Position numbers and translations under genes: made by a program. The notes beneath the pieces are model-generated. The model saw only the letters and a list, made by a program, of their open reading frames with translations. It had not been told where the DNA came from and did no database searches. From the NCBI GenBank assembly GCA_963718235.1, contig CAVQYR010000002.1, positions 64,001-128,000 of the forward strand: 64,000 nucleotides of DNA. The letters are read 5' to 3'. Source of the stretch: an uncultured Actinomycetota bacterium (GTDB taxonomy: Bacteria; Actinomycetota; Actinomycetes; JAHEKZ01). This document shows, in pieces, positions 39,099 to 50,699 of this stretch. Each line of letters begins with the position of its first letter. Position 1 is the stretch's first letter.

Positions 39099-40093
39099 CG
39101 GTACCGATGGTCGACCGGGAGACCGGCCTGGAGCTGTACCGGCGGATGCTGCGGATCCGTCGGTTCGAGGAGCGCTGCGTCGAGCTCTACAGCGAGACCC
39201 GGATCCGCGGCTTCCTGCACCTGTACATCGGCGAGGAGGCGGTGGCCGTCGGTGTGATGCGACACCTCCGGGCCGACGACGCCGTGCTGGCCACCTACCG
39301 CGACCACGGCCACGCGTTGGCGCGAGGGGTCCCGATGAACGCCGTGATGGCCGAGATGTTCGGCCGCGTCGAGGGATGCTCGCGCGGTCGCGGCGGGTCC
39401 ATGCACCTGTTCCACGAGCCCAGCCGGTTCTACGGTGGGCAGGCAATCGTGGCGGCCGGGCTGCCGCAGGCGGTCGGGCTCGCGCTGGCCGACTCGATGC
39501 TCGGGCGCGACCGGATCACCGTGTGCTTCTTCGGCGAGGGCGCGGTCGCCGAGGGCGAGTTCCACGAGTCGATGAACCTGGCCGCGCTGTGGCACCTGCC
39601 CGTGCTGTTCCTGTGCGAGAACAACCGCTACGCCATGGGTACCTCGCTCGAGCTGTCCGAGTCGGAGACCAACCTGCCGGTGAAGGCTGCCTCCTACGAG
39701 ATTCCGGCCTGGAGCGTCGATGGCATGGACGTGCTGGCGGTGTCCTCGGCGGCCGAGCGAGCCGTCGATGCGGTACGCACGACGCGAGGACCGGTCTTCC
39801 TCGAGGCCCAGACCTACCGCTTCCGGGCGCACTCGATGTACGACCCGGACCGCTACCGCGACAAGAGCGAGATCGAGCAGTGGAAGCACCGCGACCCGAT
39901 CGCCCTGCTCGGTGACCGGATGCGTCAAGCGGGGCTCGCCACCGACGACGACCTCGAGGCCGTCCATGCCCAGGTACTGCCCGAGATCGATGCCGCCGTG
40001 GCCTTCGCCGAGGCGGGGCACGACGAACCGGTCGAGGACCTCCTGCGGTTCGTTCACTCCGAACCCGTCGGTGCGTCGGGGGGTTCGACGTGA
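39095..40093 (+). CDS. pdhA: 2-oxoacid (pyruvate) dehydrogenase E1 alpha
   Basis: [23 protein letters not shown], ThDP motif as GEGA...ENN, YRFRAHS. Confidence 0.9.
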   Translation: MTVPMVDRETGLELYRRMLRIRRFEERCVELYSETRIRGFLHLYIGEEAVAVGVMRHLRADDAVLATYRDHGHALARGVPMNAVMAEMFGRVEGCSRGRGGSMHLFHEPSRFYGGQAIVAAGLPQAVGLALADSMLGRDRITVCFFGEGAVAEGEFHESMNLAALWHLPVLFLCENNRYAMGTSLELSESETNLPVKAASYEIPAWSVDGMDVLAVSSAAERAVDAVRTTRGPVFLEAQTYRFRAHSMYDPDRYRDKSEIEQWKHRDPIALLGDRMRQAGLATDDDLEAVHAQVLPEIDAAVAFAEAGHDEPVEDLLRFVHSEPVGASGGST

Positions 40094-41082
40094 GCGAGGC
40101 GAGCGTGATGTCGTACCGCGACGCCCTGCGCGACGCGATCAGGGAGGCGATGCGTCGCGACGAACGGGTTTTCCTGATGGGCGAGGACGTCGGTCGCTAT
40201 GGCGGGTCGTTCGGCGTCTCGCTGGGGCTGCTCGAGGAGTTCGGGCCGGAGCGGATCCGCGACGCACCGTTGTCGGAGTCGGGCTTCGTCGGTGCCGGGA
40301 TCGGTGCGGCGCTGGGTGGGATGCGGCCGATCGTCGAGGTGATGACGGTCAACTTCTCGCTTCTGGCTCTCGACCAGCTGGTCAACACTGCGGCCGCACT
40401 GCACCACATGAGCGGTGGACAGTTCAGTGTGCCCCTGGTGGTGCGGATGACCAGCGGGGCCGGCCGCCAGCTCGCGGCGCAGCACTCGCACTCGTTCGAG
40501 AACTGGTTCGCGCACGTTCCGGGACTGCGGGTGGTCGCGCCTGCCACCGTCGCCGACGCGCGGGGAATGCTGTGGCCGGCGCTGCAGGACCCGGACCCGG
40601 TGATCATGTTCGAGCACGCGACCCTCTACAACACCTCGGGTGAGGTGGAGACCGACGGTGCGGACACCGACCTCAGCCGCGCCGTCGTCCGCAGGCCGGG
40701 CTCGGACGTCACGTTGGTGACGTACGGCGGGTCGTTGCGCAAGGCGCTCGACGCGGCCGAGAGCCTGGCCGCCGACGGGGTCAGCGCCGAGGTGCTCGAC
40801 CTGCGGGTCCTGCGTCCGATCGACTGGCGCACCGTGCTCGACTCGGTACGACGCACCCATCGGGCCGTCGTCGTCGACGAGGCGTGGAAGACCCTGTCGA
40901 TCGCCGGTGAGGTCAGCGCGCGGATCGCCGAGGAGGCGTTCTACGACCTCGACGCACCGGTCCGCCGGGTGTGCTCGGCCGAGGCGCCCATCCCGTACGC
41001 CCGGCACCTCGAGCTGGCCGCGCTGCCCAGCGTCGCCCGGATCGTCGAAGCCGCCGAGCTCGCCGTCGGCACGAGAGGCTGA
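40090..41082 (+). CDS. pdhB: 2-oxoacid dehydrogenase E1 beta
   Basis: [37 protein letters not shown]. Confidence 0.9.
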   Translation: MSEASVMSYRDALRDAIREAMRRDERVFLMGEDVGRYGGSFGVSLGLLEEFGPERIRDAPLSESGFVGAGIGAALGGMRPIVEVMTVNFSLLALDQLVNTAAALHHMSGGQFSVPLVVRMTSGAGRQLAAQHSHSFENWFAHVPGLRVVAPATVADARGMLWPALQDPDPVIMFEHATLYNTSGEVETDGADTDLSRAVVRRPGSDVTLVTYGGSLRKALDAAESLAADGVSAEVLDLRVLRPIDWRTVLDSVRRTHRAVVVDEAWKTLSIAGEVSARIAEEAFYDLDAPVRRVCSAEAPIPYARHLELAALPSVARIVEAAELAVGTRG

Positions 41083-41086
41083 CCCC

Positions 41087-42550
41087 ATGCAGGAGTTCCG
41101 GATGCCCTCACTGGGCGCTGACATGGACGAGGGCACCCTCGTCGAGTGGCTGGTGGCCCCGGGTGACGCCGTGACCCGCGGCCAGATCGTGGCGGTCGTG
41201 GACACGGCCAAGGCGGCGATCGAGGTCGAGGTGTTCAGCGACGGCGTGGTCGAGGAGCTGCTGGTCGAGCCCGGCACGACCGTGGCGGTGGGCACGCCGC
41301 TCGCCCGGCTGTCCGGTGACGCCGAGGCAGTCCCTCGGGCGCCCGCGCCCGAGGCCGAGGCCCGGCGGACGCCTGTGCCGGAGCGCGAGCCGGAGCCTGA
41401 GCGCCGGGCCACGGCGCAGCCCGAGCCTGCACCGCAGTCCCCGGTCGAGCCGGCGGTGGCGTCGCCGATCGTGCGACACCTCGCACACGAGCGTGGCGTC
41501 GACCTCACGTCGGTCCGGGGCACCGGGCCGGACGGCAGGATCACCCGAACCGACGTCAGCGCAGCCGCCAAGCCGGTGATCTCGGCGTCGGACGTCGCCC
41601 GGCCGGATGCTGGCGAAGGGACGGATCGGGTCGCTGCCTCACCGTTCGCCCGTCGCCGCGCGGGCGAGCTCGGAGTCGACCTCGCCGTGGTTCGGGGCAC
41701 GGGGCCGGACGGTGCGATCACGGTGGCCGACGTCGAGGGTGCGGCCGGGGCCGGTAGCCCCCCGTCCGTCGCCGTGGAGCCCCAGCCCGAGCCCCAGCCC
41801 GAGTCCCAGCCCGAGTCCCAGCCCGAGTCCCAGCCACGCTCCCCGAAGGAGCTGGCGGCGGCCAAGCAGGCGGCGATGCGCGAGGCGATCGGCGCCCTGA
41901 TGGCGCGCAGCAAGCGGGAGATCCCGCACTACTACCTGCGGACCACGATCGACCTGGCCACAGCGATGACCTGGCTGCGGGCGCGCAACGCCGAGCGGGG
42001 GGTCGAGGGGCGCCTCGTTCCCGCCGTCCTGCTGCTGAAAGCGGCCGCGCTCGCCGCGCGCGACGTCCCCGAGGTCAACGGCTTCTACGTCGACGACCAC
42101 TACGTGCCCTGCGACCATGTGCACCTGGGTGTCGCCGTCTCGCTGCGCGGTGGGGGTCTGGTGGCCCCGGCGATCCACGACGCCGACCGGCTGGACCTCG
42201 ATGCGCTGATGGCCGGGCTCAAGGACGTCGTCTCGCGGGCGCGCTCGGGGCGGTTGCGCGGCAGCCAGATGTCCGACCCCACGATCACGGTCACCAACCT
42301 CGGCGACCAGGGGGTCGAGGAGGTGCAGGGCGTGATCTACCCGCCGCAGGTCGCGCTGGTCGGCTTCGGCCGGGTGGTCGAGCGGCCGTGGGCACTCGAC
42401 GGGCTGCTCGGCGTCCACCCGGTGGTGGTGGCGACGCTGGCTGCTGACCACCGGGTCACCGATGGTCACCGCGGGGGCCGCTACCTCGCCGCGGTCGACG
42501 CCCTGCTCCAGCACCCCGAGACCCTCGACCGCACGGACCCCCCAACCTGA
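41087..42550 (+). CDS. pdhC: Dihydrolipoamide acyltransferase E2
   Basis: Lipoyl domain MPSLGADM..VDTAKA, two subunit-binding domains (GTGPDG x2), catalytic DHRVTDG. Confidence 0.9.
   Translation: MQEFRMPSLGADMDEGTLVEWLVAPGDAVTRGQIVAVVDTAKAAIEVEVFSDGVVEELLVEPGTTVAVGTPLARLSGDAEAVPRAPAPEAEARRTPVPEREPEPERRATAQPEPAPQSPVEPAVASPIVRHLAHERGVDLTSVRGTGPDGRITRTDVSAAAKPVISASDVARPDAGEGTDRVAASPFARRRAGELGVDLAVVRGTGPDGAITVADVEGAAGAGSPPSVAVEPQPEPQPESQPESQPESQPRSPKELAAAKQAAMREAIGALMARSKREIPHYYLRTTIDLATAMTWLRARNAERGVEGRLVPAVLLLKAAALAARDVPEVNGFYVDDHYVPCDHVHLGVAVSLRGGGLVAPAIHDADRLDLDALMAGLKDVVSRARSGRLRGSQMSDPTITVTNLGDQGVEEVQGVIYPPQVALVGFGRVVERPWALDGLLGVHPVVVATLAADHRVTDGHRGGRYLAAVDALLQHPETLDRTDPPT
41777..41836 (+). 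repeat. In-frame 12-bp tandem repeat x5 (EPQP/ESQP linker)
   Basis: GAGYCCCAGCCC x5 (last copy ends in A). Confidence 0.85.
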
Positions 42551-42576
42551 AGCCCCGCCCGCTGAGAGGACCACGC

Positions 42577-42822
42577 ATGACCCCCGACGAAGCCCGAGCC
42601 ATGGTGGTCGACCTGATCGGCCGGATCGCCCCCGAGGCCGACCTGGACGACGCCGACCCGGCCCAGGACCTGCGTGACGAGATCGACCTGGACTCCCTGG
42701 ACTTCCTGGGGCTGGTGGAGGGAATCAAGGAGCGCACCGGCGTCGACGTCCCGGAGGAGGACTACCCCCAGGTGCGCTCGCTGGACGGCGTGGTCGCCTA
42801 CCTCGCCGCCCGCGCCCCCTGA
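42577..42822 (+). CDS. Acyl carrier protein
   Basis: 81 aa, acidic, DLDSLDF phosphopantetheine Ser motif. Confidence 0.9.
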   Translation: MTPDEARAMVVDLIGRIAPEADLDDADPAQDLRDEIDLDSLDFLGLVEGIKERTGVDVPEEDYPQVRSLDGVVAYLAARAP

Positions 42823-42842
42823 CCCGACCCCCCACCACCCCC

Positions 42843-42908
42843 AAGTTGATCATGGAGAAGATGGGCTCCAAACCGGTTGAACTGGCAGATCAAGTCCAAG
42901 ATCAACTT
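42843..42908. repeat. 66-bp imperfect-palindrome dispersed element, copy 2 (inverted)
   Basis: Reverse complement reads AAGTTGATCTTGGACTTGATC-N24-CATCTTCTCCATGATCAACTT. Confidence 0.9.
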
Positions 42909-42939
42909 GGGGGGGCGGGGGGTGGGCGGGGGTCCCGGG

Positions 42940-44751
<1,812 letters not shown>

Positions 44752-44771
44752 GTCCACCAGCACCACACAGC

Positions 44772-44801
44772 AAGGGCGGTCCCCGAAAGGGGACCGCCCT
44801 T
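44772..44801 (+). terminator. Intrinsic terminator hairpin after groEL
   Basis: AAGGGCGGTCCCC-GAAA-GGGGACCGCCCTT, 13-bp stem. Confidence 0.85.
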
Positions 44802-44841
44802 CTGCATGTCCCCTACGATCGTCGCAGGTGAGGGTTCCACA

Positions 44842-46041
44842 ATGGCCGCTGTGAGCAACAAGCCGACCGAGCCGGACCGGCCCGCGTCCGACGGGCCACC
44901 GACGGACTACAAGGTCTCGTCGCTGGAGCTGTTCTTCGACCTGGTCTTCGTCTTCGCGCTGACCCAGGTGACCGGCCTGCTCGCCGAGGACCTCTCCTGG
45001 GCGGGCATGCTGCGTGGCGTCGCCGTCTTGGCCATGGTGTGGTGGGCCTGGGTCGGCTACGCCTGGCTGACCAACTCGATCCCCATCGAGGACGACGACC
45101 GGTCGCGCATCGTCGTCCTTCTCGCGATGGTCGCCATGCTCATCGTCGGGCTCTCGATCCCGCACGCGTTCGGCAACGACGGCATCCTGTTCGGGCTGTC
45201 CTACCTCGTCGTCGTCCTGCTCTTCCTGACCTTGTACGCCGTGTCCGCCAGGAACGAACCTGACCTGTTGCGCGCCATCCGCAAGCTCACGCCGGGGGTG
45301 CTGGCGGCCCCGACTCTCATTGCGATCGCTGGGTTCTTCGACCAGGGAGTCGTGCGTGCGACGCTGTGGGTCGTTGCGCTGCTGATCACGTTCATCGCCC
45401 CGTTGGTCTCGGGCACCTCCGGCTGGCGGGTCCGCCCCAGCCACTTCGCCGAGCGCCACGGCCTGGTGGTGATCATCGCCCTGGGCGAGTCGCTCGTCGC
45501 CTTGGGCGTTGCGGCCTCAGGCGTCGCGATCAGTGCGGGGCTGCTCGTGGCTGCAGGGCTGGGCGTTGCCGTCGTGGCCACCATGTGGTGGCTCTACTTC
45601 GACGTCGTGTCGCTGGCCGCGGAGCGCCGCCTGCACCAGCTCAGCGGCGCCGCGCGCAACGCGCTGGCCCGTGACGCCTACAGCTACATCCACGGGCTCA
45701 TGGTGCTCGGCATCGTCTTCGTGGCCTTGGGGTTGAAGAAGGCCATGTTCGACCTCGACGACCCGATGAAGCCGGTGCCTGCGGTGGCCCTCCTGGGCGG
45801 GCTGGCGGTCTACCTGCTCGGTCATCTGCTGTTCCGACTGCGAAACATCGGCAGCCTCAACGTCGCACGTGCCGTCGCGGCGGTTGTGCTGCTGGCGCTC
45901 ATCCCGGTTGCCCTGGTGATCCCAGCGCTGCCGTTGCTGGTCCTGGTGACCGGCGTGATGCTGGTCCTGGTCGCCTACGAGGGCAAGTCCTACGCGGCGG
46001 TACGCCAGAAGCTTCGCCACCCGGAGACATCTGCACAGTGA
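44842..46041 (+). CDS. Low temperature requirement protein A family membrane protein
   Basis: LELFFDLVFVFA, WWAW, HFAERHGLVVIIALGES, WWLYF. Start 44842 or 44806. Confidence 0.9.
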   Translation: MAAVSNKPTEPDRPASDGPPTDYKVSSLELFFDLVFVFALTQVTGLLAEDLSWAGMLRGVAVLAMVWWAWVGYAWLTNSIPIEDDDRSRIVVLLAMVAMLIVGLSIPHAFGNDGILFGLSYLVVVLLFLTLYAVSARNEPDLLRAIRKLTPGVLAAPTLIAIAGFFDQGVVRATLWVVALLITFIAPLVSGTSGWRVRPSHFAERHGLVVIIALGESLVALGVAASGVAISAGLLVAAGLGVAVVATMWWLYFDVVSLAAERRLHQLSGAARNALARDAYSYIHGLMVLGIVFVALGLKKAMFDLDDPMKPVPAVALLGGLAVYLLGHLLFRLRNIGSLNVARAVAAVVLLALIPVALVIPALPLLVLVTGVMLVLVAYEGKSYAAVRQKLRHPETSAQ

Positions 46042-46055
46042 CCGCGCCGCGGCGG

Positions 46056-46439
46056 TCAGTCCGTGCGGCTCAGCGTGGCCCGTCCGAGGGTCACGAGCCG
46101 CGCGGGGTCGTCGGCCGCAGCGATCTCGACGTCGACGACCGCCTGCCGGCGTCCGGCCCGACGTACGAGCGCACGAACCACGTGCGGCTGCGGTCGGGCC
46201 AGCCGCAGGAAGTCCAGCCGCAGGTCGGCCACGACCCACGTTCCCTCGTGGTCGCGGACCAGTGCCTCCCAGGCCGCCGTGTCGACACAGGTCGCGAGGA
46301 CTCCGCCGTGCAGGTAGGCCACCGGTTCGGTGGAACCGACGGCGAGCGCGGCGGGGTCGAGCAGCAGCACCGTCCAGGCGCCGTCGTCCTCGCCTCGGGT
46401 GAGTCCGAGTGCGGCATCCAGCGGGTGCGGCACTCCCAC
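46056..46439 (-). CDS. PaaI-family hotdog thioesterase
   Basis: YLHGGVLATCVDTA, DLRLDFLR, RAGRRQAVVDVEI. Confidence 0.8.
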   Translation of the reverse strand: MGVPHPLDAALGLTRGEDDGAWTVLLLDPAALAVGSTEPVAYLHGGVLATCVDTAAWEALVRDHEGTWVVADLRLDFLRLARPQPHVVRALVRRAGRRQAVVDVEIAAADDPARLVTLGRATLSRTD

Positions 46440-46496
46440 CGACAGGGGTGCGGTCAGTCGTCATCGATGCAGAGTAGGGCCTGGCATGCTGCGGGA

Positions 46497-46790
46497 GTGG
46501 CGATCCTCATCGACGATGCCCAGGTTCCCGAGCACGGTCGGCTGTGGTGCCACCTGACGAGCGACACGTCCTTCGACGAGCTGCACGCCTTCGCGCGCCT
46601 GATCGGCATCCCCGAGCGCGGCTTCGACGGCGACCACTACGACGTCCCAGTGGAGCGGCGCGACGACATCGTCGCGGCCGGGGCGTTGGCGGTGACGTCA
46701 CGGGAGCTCGTCGCCGCCCTGCACGCCGCCGGCCTGCGGCGCCGACGTCCGCGCAGCGCGAAGCGTCGCCCACCCGCTCCATCCACCTGA
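46497..46790 (+). CDS. DUF4031-family protein
   Basis: ILIDD..HGRLWCHL.SDTSFDELHAFA..GIPERGFDGDHYD. Confidence 0.85.
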   Translation: MAILIDDAQVPEHGRLWCHLTSDTSFDELHAFARLIGIPERGFDGDHYDVPVERRDDIVAAGALAVTSRELVAALHAAGLRRRRPRSAKRRPPAPST

Positions 46791-46799
46791 TCGCGAGGG

Positions 46800-47252
46800 T
46801 CAACGGGGCCGGCACGGGACGTACACCAGAGTCCGGGGCTCCGCCACCTCCGGGCCGTCCAGGTACACCTCCCACGGGGGGCCAGAGGCCTCCCAGTCGC
46901 TGTCGACCAGCCAGTCCTGTGCTGCTTGGTGGGCCGAGGGGACCGTGCCGTACGAACCCCTGTGCAGCACCTCGACCACCGGACCACCCGGGATAGACGA
47001 GCACTCGACCCGACCAGTCGGTTCCACCGGTGCACTCGTCGGGAAGCCGGCTTCGACCTCGATGCCCTCTGCAGTCGGCACGTAGCAACCGAACGGCATC
47101 CCGACCACTCGCAGGCCCTGCACTCCGATGACACCCATCACCTCGCTGAACGCCCCACCGAGGAACTCCGCGATCCCCTCCTCTGACACGACGCCCCGCA
47201 CGACTGCCGTCGGCTGCTCCTGAACCTCGACCCGTTCGACCTGGTACGACAT
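46800..47252 (-). CDS. GyrI-like small-molecule-binding protein
   Basis: EQPTAVVR, EVEAGFP, HRGSYG, GPPWEVYLDGP; GGGAGGGTGAGG upstream of the ATG. Confidence 0.82.
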   Translation of the reverse strand: MSYQVERVEVQEQPTAVVRGVVSEEGIAEFLGGAFSEVMGVIGVQGLRVVGMPFGCYVPTAEGIEVEAGFPTSAPVEPTGRVECSSIPGGPVVEVLHRGSYGTVPSAHQAAQDWLVDSDWEASGPPWEVYLDGPEVAEPRTLVYVPCRPR

Positions 47253-47313
47253 GAACCTCACCCTCCCTTGCCGAGCACGACCATCGAGCCGACCGTCCTT
47301 GCGGCCCGACGGG

Positions 47314-48993
47314 TCATCCGCCGACGACGTCACGCCGGTGGAAGGCGAGCAGCCCGATGCCGCACAAGGCCAGCCCGGCCGTCGTCATGACGGTCCCGGA
47401 GGTGGCCGCCCAAGGAGCCATGGGCACCCAGGCGAGATGCGTGAACGGCGAGAGGTCGAGCAGCCACGACGGCCACGACAGCGGTGGCCCCAGCAGCGTC
47501 ACGACGTAGCCCACCACCGTGAGCGACACCGGGAGCGCGACGGTGAGCCGCGGCAGCAGCCCGAAGGTCAACACCGTCGCTCCACCAACCAGCGCCAGGA
47601 CCGGCAGGCAGTTGAGCATCGAGCGCATCGACTCGCCGAAGGACACGTCGTCGGACCCCGAGGCCACACACCCGAGCCAGAAGGCTGCGCCGGTGAGCAC
47701 GATCAGCGCCACGCCTCCCAGTGCTGCCAGGGTGGCGTGCCCACCGAGCCAGCGCAGCCGAGAGACCGGGCGCGTGAGTATGGTCTCGGCCCGTCCGGAC
47801 TCCTCCTCCGCGCGGGCTGCACCAAGCCGCCACACGACGTACAGCGCGATCGCCAGGCCGAACATCTGAGCCAGCACGGCGACGAACCCCTGGGTGGTGA
47901 GGGCCTGGTCATAGCCCAGCTGCTCGAACAGCCGCTGGTAGTCCTGGTCCTTCGCCAGCCAGTCGATCATGGTGGTGACCAGTGCTCCCTGGACCGCAGC
48001 CAGGACGGCAAGTCCGAAGGCCCAGGCGACCAGCACCGCCCGGTTGCTGCGCCAGGCGAAGGCCAGTGGGCTCGTGAGCAGGCGCAGGTGGGGCTCGCGT
48101 CCCGCCTCGGTCACGAGCAGCGCCCCGCCGAGGTCGCGCCTGCTGCGCAGCGCCACCGCAGCGCCGGCGAGGAGCAGCGGAACCAGCACGAACGGGACCA
48201 GCGCGAGCAGGTTGGGGTCGCCGTACGGTGCGAGCGCGTCCAGCCAGGCCATCGGTGAGGTCCACCTAGCCCACAGCCGCCCGTCGGTGCTGTTGGCGAA
48301 CATCCTCAGGACGTAGGCGATCGCGAGCATGATGGCCGTGAAGCCGGCCGCCCGTCGGCGAACGTCGACGAGCTGGCACATGACGGCGGCGACCCCGGCG
48401 AACGTCGCCGCCGCTCCGGCGAGGCCGACGCCGAACAGCACGGCCCCCTGGACGCCTTGCCCCGAGAGGGCCAGGGCCGCGGCGGCAGCCGTGCCGATGA
48501 GTACGGCCGAACCGAACACGACGGCGAGCGCAGATGCCGTGTGGTAGCGGGCACGGACCGGCCCGGCCAGGAGCAGGTCGGCGCGCTCGGCGTCCTCCTC
48601 ACCGCGGAGCAGTCGGGTCGTCGTGAGCAGCGCCCAGACGCACACGAGCAGCTGCATGAACCAGCCGCCGTCCCACAGGGTGAACCCACCGGCGGTGTCC
48701 AGGCCGACCGGAACGCCCTGCATGATGCGCGAGACCGGATTGTCCGTGAACATCTCGAACTGCACCTGGGACACGCCGTTCGGGTAGGCGGCGCCGTAGC
48801 TGGCGACCTCGAGGGCGACGTATGCGGCGATGGCCACGGCCATCAGCAGGGCGCCGCGCCGGGTCAGCCGGATCCACAGTCGCGCGACCGTGCGCCGAGG
48901 GCGCCCGCGGTCGCGGGCGTGCGTTAACTCTGCGGCCCCTCGACCTGCTGGCGGAGGCGCAACCGCGTGAACCCGCTCGTCGATGTTGGTCAT
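47314..48993 (-). CDS. ABC-2 exporter permease (duplicated, ~12 TM)
   Basis: Two homologous halves (GEEDAERADLLL / AEEESGRAETIL), LSPFTH, RRDV end. Confidence 0.85.
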   Translation of the reverse strand: MTNIDERVHAVAPPPAGRGAAELTHARDRGRPRRTVARLWIRLTRRGALLMAVAIAAYVALEVASYGAAYPNGVSQVQFEMFTDNPVSRIMQGVPVGLDTAGGFTLWDGGWFMQLLVCVWALLTTTRLLRGEEDAERADLLLAGPVRARYHTASALAVVFGSAVLIGTAAAAALALSGQGVQGAVLFGVGLAGAAATFAGVAAVMCQLVDVRRRAAGFTAIMLAIAYVLRMFANSTDGRLWARWTSPMAWLDALAPYGDPNLLALVPFVLVPLLLAGAAVALRSRRDLGGALLVTEAGREPHLRLLTSPLAFAWRSNRAVLVAWAFGLAVLAAVQGALVTTMIDWLAKDQDYQRLFEQLGYDQALTTQGFVAVLAQMFGLAIALYVVWRLGAARAEEESGRAETILTRPVSRLRWLGGHATLAALGGVALIVLTGAAFWLGCVASGSDDVSFGESMRSMLNCLPVLALVGGATVLTFGLLPRLTVALPVSLTVVGYVVTLLGPPLSWPSWLLDLSPFTHLAWVPMAPWAATSGTVMTTAGLALCGIGLLAFHRRDVVGG

Positions 48994-49949
48994 GGGTGCT
49001 CGCCCGGATCTGGTCGCGGATCCCCCGTGACCCCGTGAGCTGCCGCTACCGCCTGACGCTGAGACGTGCTGGTCTCGTAGTAGGTGAGGAAGATCTGCTC
49101 GAGCGTCGGCGCGTGCGCGTGCAGGCGAGTCAGGCCGACTGCGTTCAGCCGGGTCAGCACCTCACCGGGTGCACCGGCCACGGTGAGGCGAACCCCGCCC
49201 GGGATCACCTCCTGCGCAACGACGTCGGGCAGGTCGGCGAACGACGGCACCGGACCCTCCAGCTCGGCCTCGAGGATCGTTGTGGTGAGTCGCCGTAGCT
49301 CGTCGAGGGTCGCGACCTCGACGAGAACGCCGGAGCGCAGGATGCCGACCCGGTGGCACACGTCCTCGACCTCGTCGAGCAGGTGCGACGACAAGAACAC
49401 GGTCTGTCCCCGGGCTGAGGCGTCCCTCGCCAGCGCCTGGAACTCTGCCTCCATCAACGGGTCGAGCCCCACGGTCGGCTCGTCCAGCAGCAGGAGGTCG
49501 GGACGGGTCATGAACGCCGCGACCAGCGAGACCTTCTGCCGGTTGCCCTTGGAGTACGAACGAACGCGTCGGCTCGGGTCGAGGTCGAGCCGGTCGCACA
49601 GCTCGTCGCGGAACCTGATGTCGACGTTGCCGGACAGGTTGCCGAGCAGCTCGAGGGTCTCCGCCCCGGTCAGCTGGGGCCACAGCGCGACGTCGCCGGG
49701 GACGCAGCCCACCGACCGGTGCGCCCGCTCCACGTCGGACACGGGGACCCCCGCCAGCCAGGCGTGCCCGGCGGTGGGACGAAGCAGTCCGAGCAGCAGC
49801 TTGATGGTCGTCGACTTGCCGGCACCGTTGGGGCCGAGGAACCCGAAGATCTCACCCGGCTGGACCTCCAGGTCGAGATGGTCGAGCGCGACGACCTCTC
49901 CGTAGTGCTTGGTGAGGCCTTGCGTGCGGATCGCCGGCACGGTCGCCAT
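48990..49949 (-). CDS. ABC exporter ATP-binding protein
   Basis: GPNGAGKST, YSKGNRQK, LLLLDEPT, SSH; start at ATG 49949. Confidence 0.92.
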   Translation of the reverse strand: MATVPAIRTQGLTKHYGEVVALDHLDLEVQPGEIFGFLGPNGAGKSTTIKLLLGLLRPTAGHAWLAGVPVSDVERAHRSVGCVPGDVALWPQLTGAETLELLGNLSGNVDIRFRDELCDRLDLDPSRRVRSYSKGNRQKVSLVAAFMTRPDLLLLDEPTVGLDPLMEAEFQALARDASARGQTVFLSSHLLDEVEDVCHRVGILRSGVLVEVATLDELRRLTTTILEAELEGPVPSFADLPDVVAQEVIPGGVRLTVAGAPGEVLTRLNAVGLTRLHAHAPTLEQIFLTYYETSTSQRQAVAAAHGVTGDPRPDPGEHP

Positions 49950-50101
49950 GACACACCTCCAGGGACGGGACCCCTTGGGAGGCCGGGGTCGCCCCGCCCA
50001 GCGTCGGTCACTTCCAGTGTCGGTCCAACGGCGCCCGCTGGCCAGGGCCGCTCGTCCCGAGCCGGGTCCCGCTCCCACGTTCCCGGTCGGGACGTGTGGG
50101 C

Positions 50102-50692
50102 TCACGCCTCCAGAACGGTGACCTCGCGGGCGACCTGCCGGCGGGCCTCCTGCTCCCAGTGCCCACGACCATGGGACGTCGAGAACAGGTGCTCGCGGTC
50201 GAGGAGTCGGTGCAGCACCGCTGCCCGCCCCCGGCGGAAGGCGGCGTCGTCGATGAACGCGTACTCCTCACGGACGCCCCGTGCATAGGCGGCGTACCGG
50301 TCGGCGTCGCTGGCCAGGATCGACAGGTCGGCGTCGCACAGGACCGCGGCCCGGACGTCGCCGGGGTCGACCGCGTGGTCGGCCGTGACCGTGACCAACC
50401 GGGCCACTTCCTCTGCGACGCCCGCCGTGTCGCCGTCCGCGCGCAGCACGGTGAGCGCCAGGTCGGCACTGCGTTGCTCGTTGTCCGAGGCGGTGGGGTC
50501 GTAGACCGCGTCGTGGAACCACGCGGCCAGCCGCACGATCGCACGGTCGTCGTCGGCGAGCTGCTCGGCCGCTGCCAGCTCGTCGACGGCCTCGAGCACC
50601 GTGTCGACGTGCTTCTGGTCGTGGTAGCGCCGGTGCGGCTCGGCGTACCGGGCGCGCAGCCCCGCAGCGGCGACGATCGCGGACTCGTCCAC
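50102..50692 (-). CDS. HD-superfamily metal-dependent phosphohydrolase
   Basis: YAEPHRRYH, AAWFHDAVYDP, NEQRSA, LCDADLSIL, VREEY. Confidence 0.87.
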   Translation of the reverse strand: MDESAIVAAAGLRARYAEPHRRYHDQKHVDTVLEAVDELAAAEQLADDDRAIVRLAAWFHDAVYDPTASDNEQRSADLALTVLRADGDTAGVAEEVARLVTVTADHAVDPGDVRAAVLCDADLSILASDADRYAAYARGVREEYAFIDDAAFRRGRAAVLHRLLDREHLFSTSHGRGHWEQEARRQVAREVTVLEA

Positions 50693-50699
50693 GACTCGG

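Noticed and set aside
41777-41836. Coding tandem repeats (E2 linker; also 33245-33292 and SGG x3 in rlmB) as contingency loci
   Set aside because: Unit lengths are multiples of 3 within flexible linkers, so they change length only.
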